Positions 63,140 to 64,000 of a stretch of 64,000 nt of DNA are shown one piece after another. Made by a program: the position numbers and the translations under genes. The number at the start of each line of letters is the position of its first letter. Position 1 is the stretch's first letter. Under the pieces are notes generated by a model. It was given only the letters and a program-made list of their open reading frames with translations. It ran no database searches and had not been told where the DNA came from. This DNA comes from Camelus ferus. Its lineage: Eukaryota. The stretch is taken from assembly GCF_009834535.1 (NCBI RefSeq), contig NC_045696.1:112718001-112782000 (forward strand), in the 5' to 3' direction.

Positions 63140-63335
63140 TTATCTGCACCAAAGGGGAAGAGGAGGAAGGGAGAGTGAACTAGGTAAAGATTAACTGTGT
63201 AGTAATGAATGGAAACTAAATGTTTAGTGATAAGCAAACTGTAGACCTAGCAATAGAAATATGATATTGTCCATATGAAACATATGTTATAAATCAATGC
63301 TACCTCAATTAAAAAATAAATAAAAATTTAAAAAA
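63140..63335 (+). mobile_element. L1 3' end (Laurasiatherian type)
   Basis: gaatggaaactaaatgtttagtg...gttataaatcaatgctacctcaattaaaaaataaataaaa. Confidence 0.75.
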
Positions 63336-63579
63336 GGAAGACTACTTAAAATATACATGTATATTTGAGAGTTTTCTTTTCTCTGCTTGTAACACTAATG
63401 CTATATTTTATTACAATAATAACAGTGACATTTGTTGACTTTTTTTAGTTTTTAACTTCGTGTCAACCAGGTGTGGGAGGTTTACCTCCCATATTACAAC
63501 AGCCTTTTATGCCTGTCTTAAAGATAAGAGAGATGTCTCAGAAGAATTAAGTGACTGGCCCAAGAAAACACACTGACTT

Positions 63580-63990
63580 TAAGAGGCTGAATTGTGTCTC
63601 CTAAAAATTCATATGTTGAAGTCCTAACCCCCAGTAACTCAGAATGTTACTGTTGCATTTTGAGATAGGGTCTTTAATGAAGTAATTAAATTAAAGTGAG
63701 GTCATTAGAGTGGGTCCTAATCCATCTGACCGGTACCGTTGTCAAAAGGGAGAATCTGAACACAGACGCACCCAGAGGGCAGGGGGTGTGAACACACAGG
63801 TGGAGGATGGCTGTCTACAGACCAAGGAGAAAGGCCTGGAGCAGAACCTACCCATGGAGCCCTCAGAAAGAACCAGTCCTGTTGCCACCTTGATCTCAGA
63901 GTCCCAGCCTCCAGGACTGTGAGAACTAAATGTCCACTGTTTGAAGCCCTCAGCCAGTGGGACTTCATCACAGCAGCAAGCATAAGGTGC
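63580..63990 (+). mobile_element. MaLR LTR (MLT1A/B-like)
   Basis: ggctgaattgtgtctcctaaaaattcatatgttgaagtcctaaccccc...ccagcctccaggactgtgaga. Confidence 0.88.
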
Positions 63991-64000
63991 CAGAGCCAGG

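Overview
Mammalian nuclear DNA, most likely a camelid (camel, alpaca or llama). The evidence is four tRNA-derived SINEs of the camelid vic-1 type plus artiodactyl/camelid-type L1 3' ends. The window looks intronic or intergenic. I cannot recognise any protein-coding gene, RNA gene or processed pseudogene, and the ORF track is explained by decayed L1s, LTRs, a minisatellite and chance. Much of the window is interspersed repeat: L1, L2, MIR, MaLR/ERVL/ERV1/ERV2-type LTRs and hAT MER elements. All family names are by-eye recognition, not RepeatMasker output. The best-supported points of interest are insertion architectures readable from the sequence: an L1 twin-priming inversion with a filler, a SINE inserted into another SINE's target-site duplication (TSD), and a betaretrovirus-like solo LTR with a 6-bp TSD nested in a MaLR. 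There is also a 46-unit 12/13-bp minisatellite with higher-order structure, and several orphan regulatory-looking islands (CCAAT/GC-box island at 12.4 kb, RFX X-box at 4.6 kb, CTCF-like sites). I found no convincing evidence of a novel multi-gene biological system.
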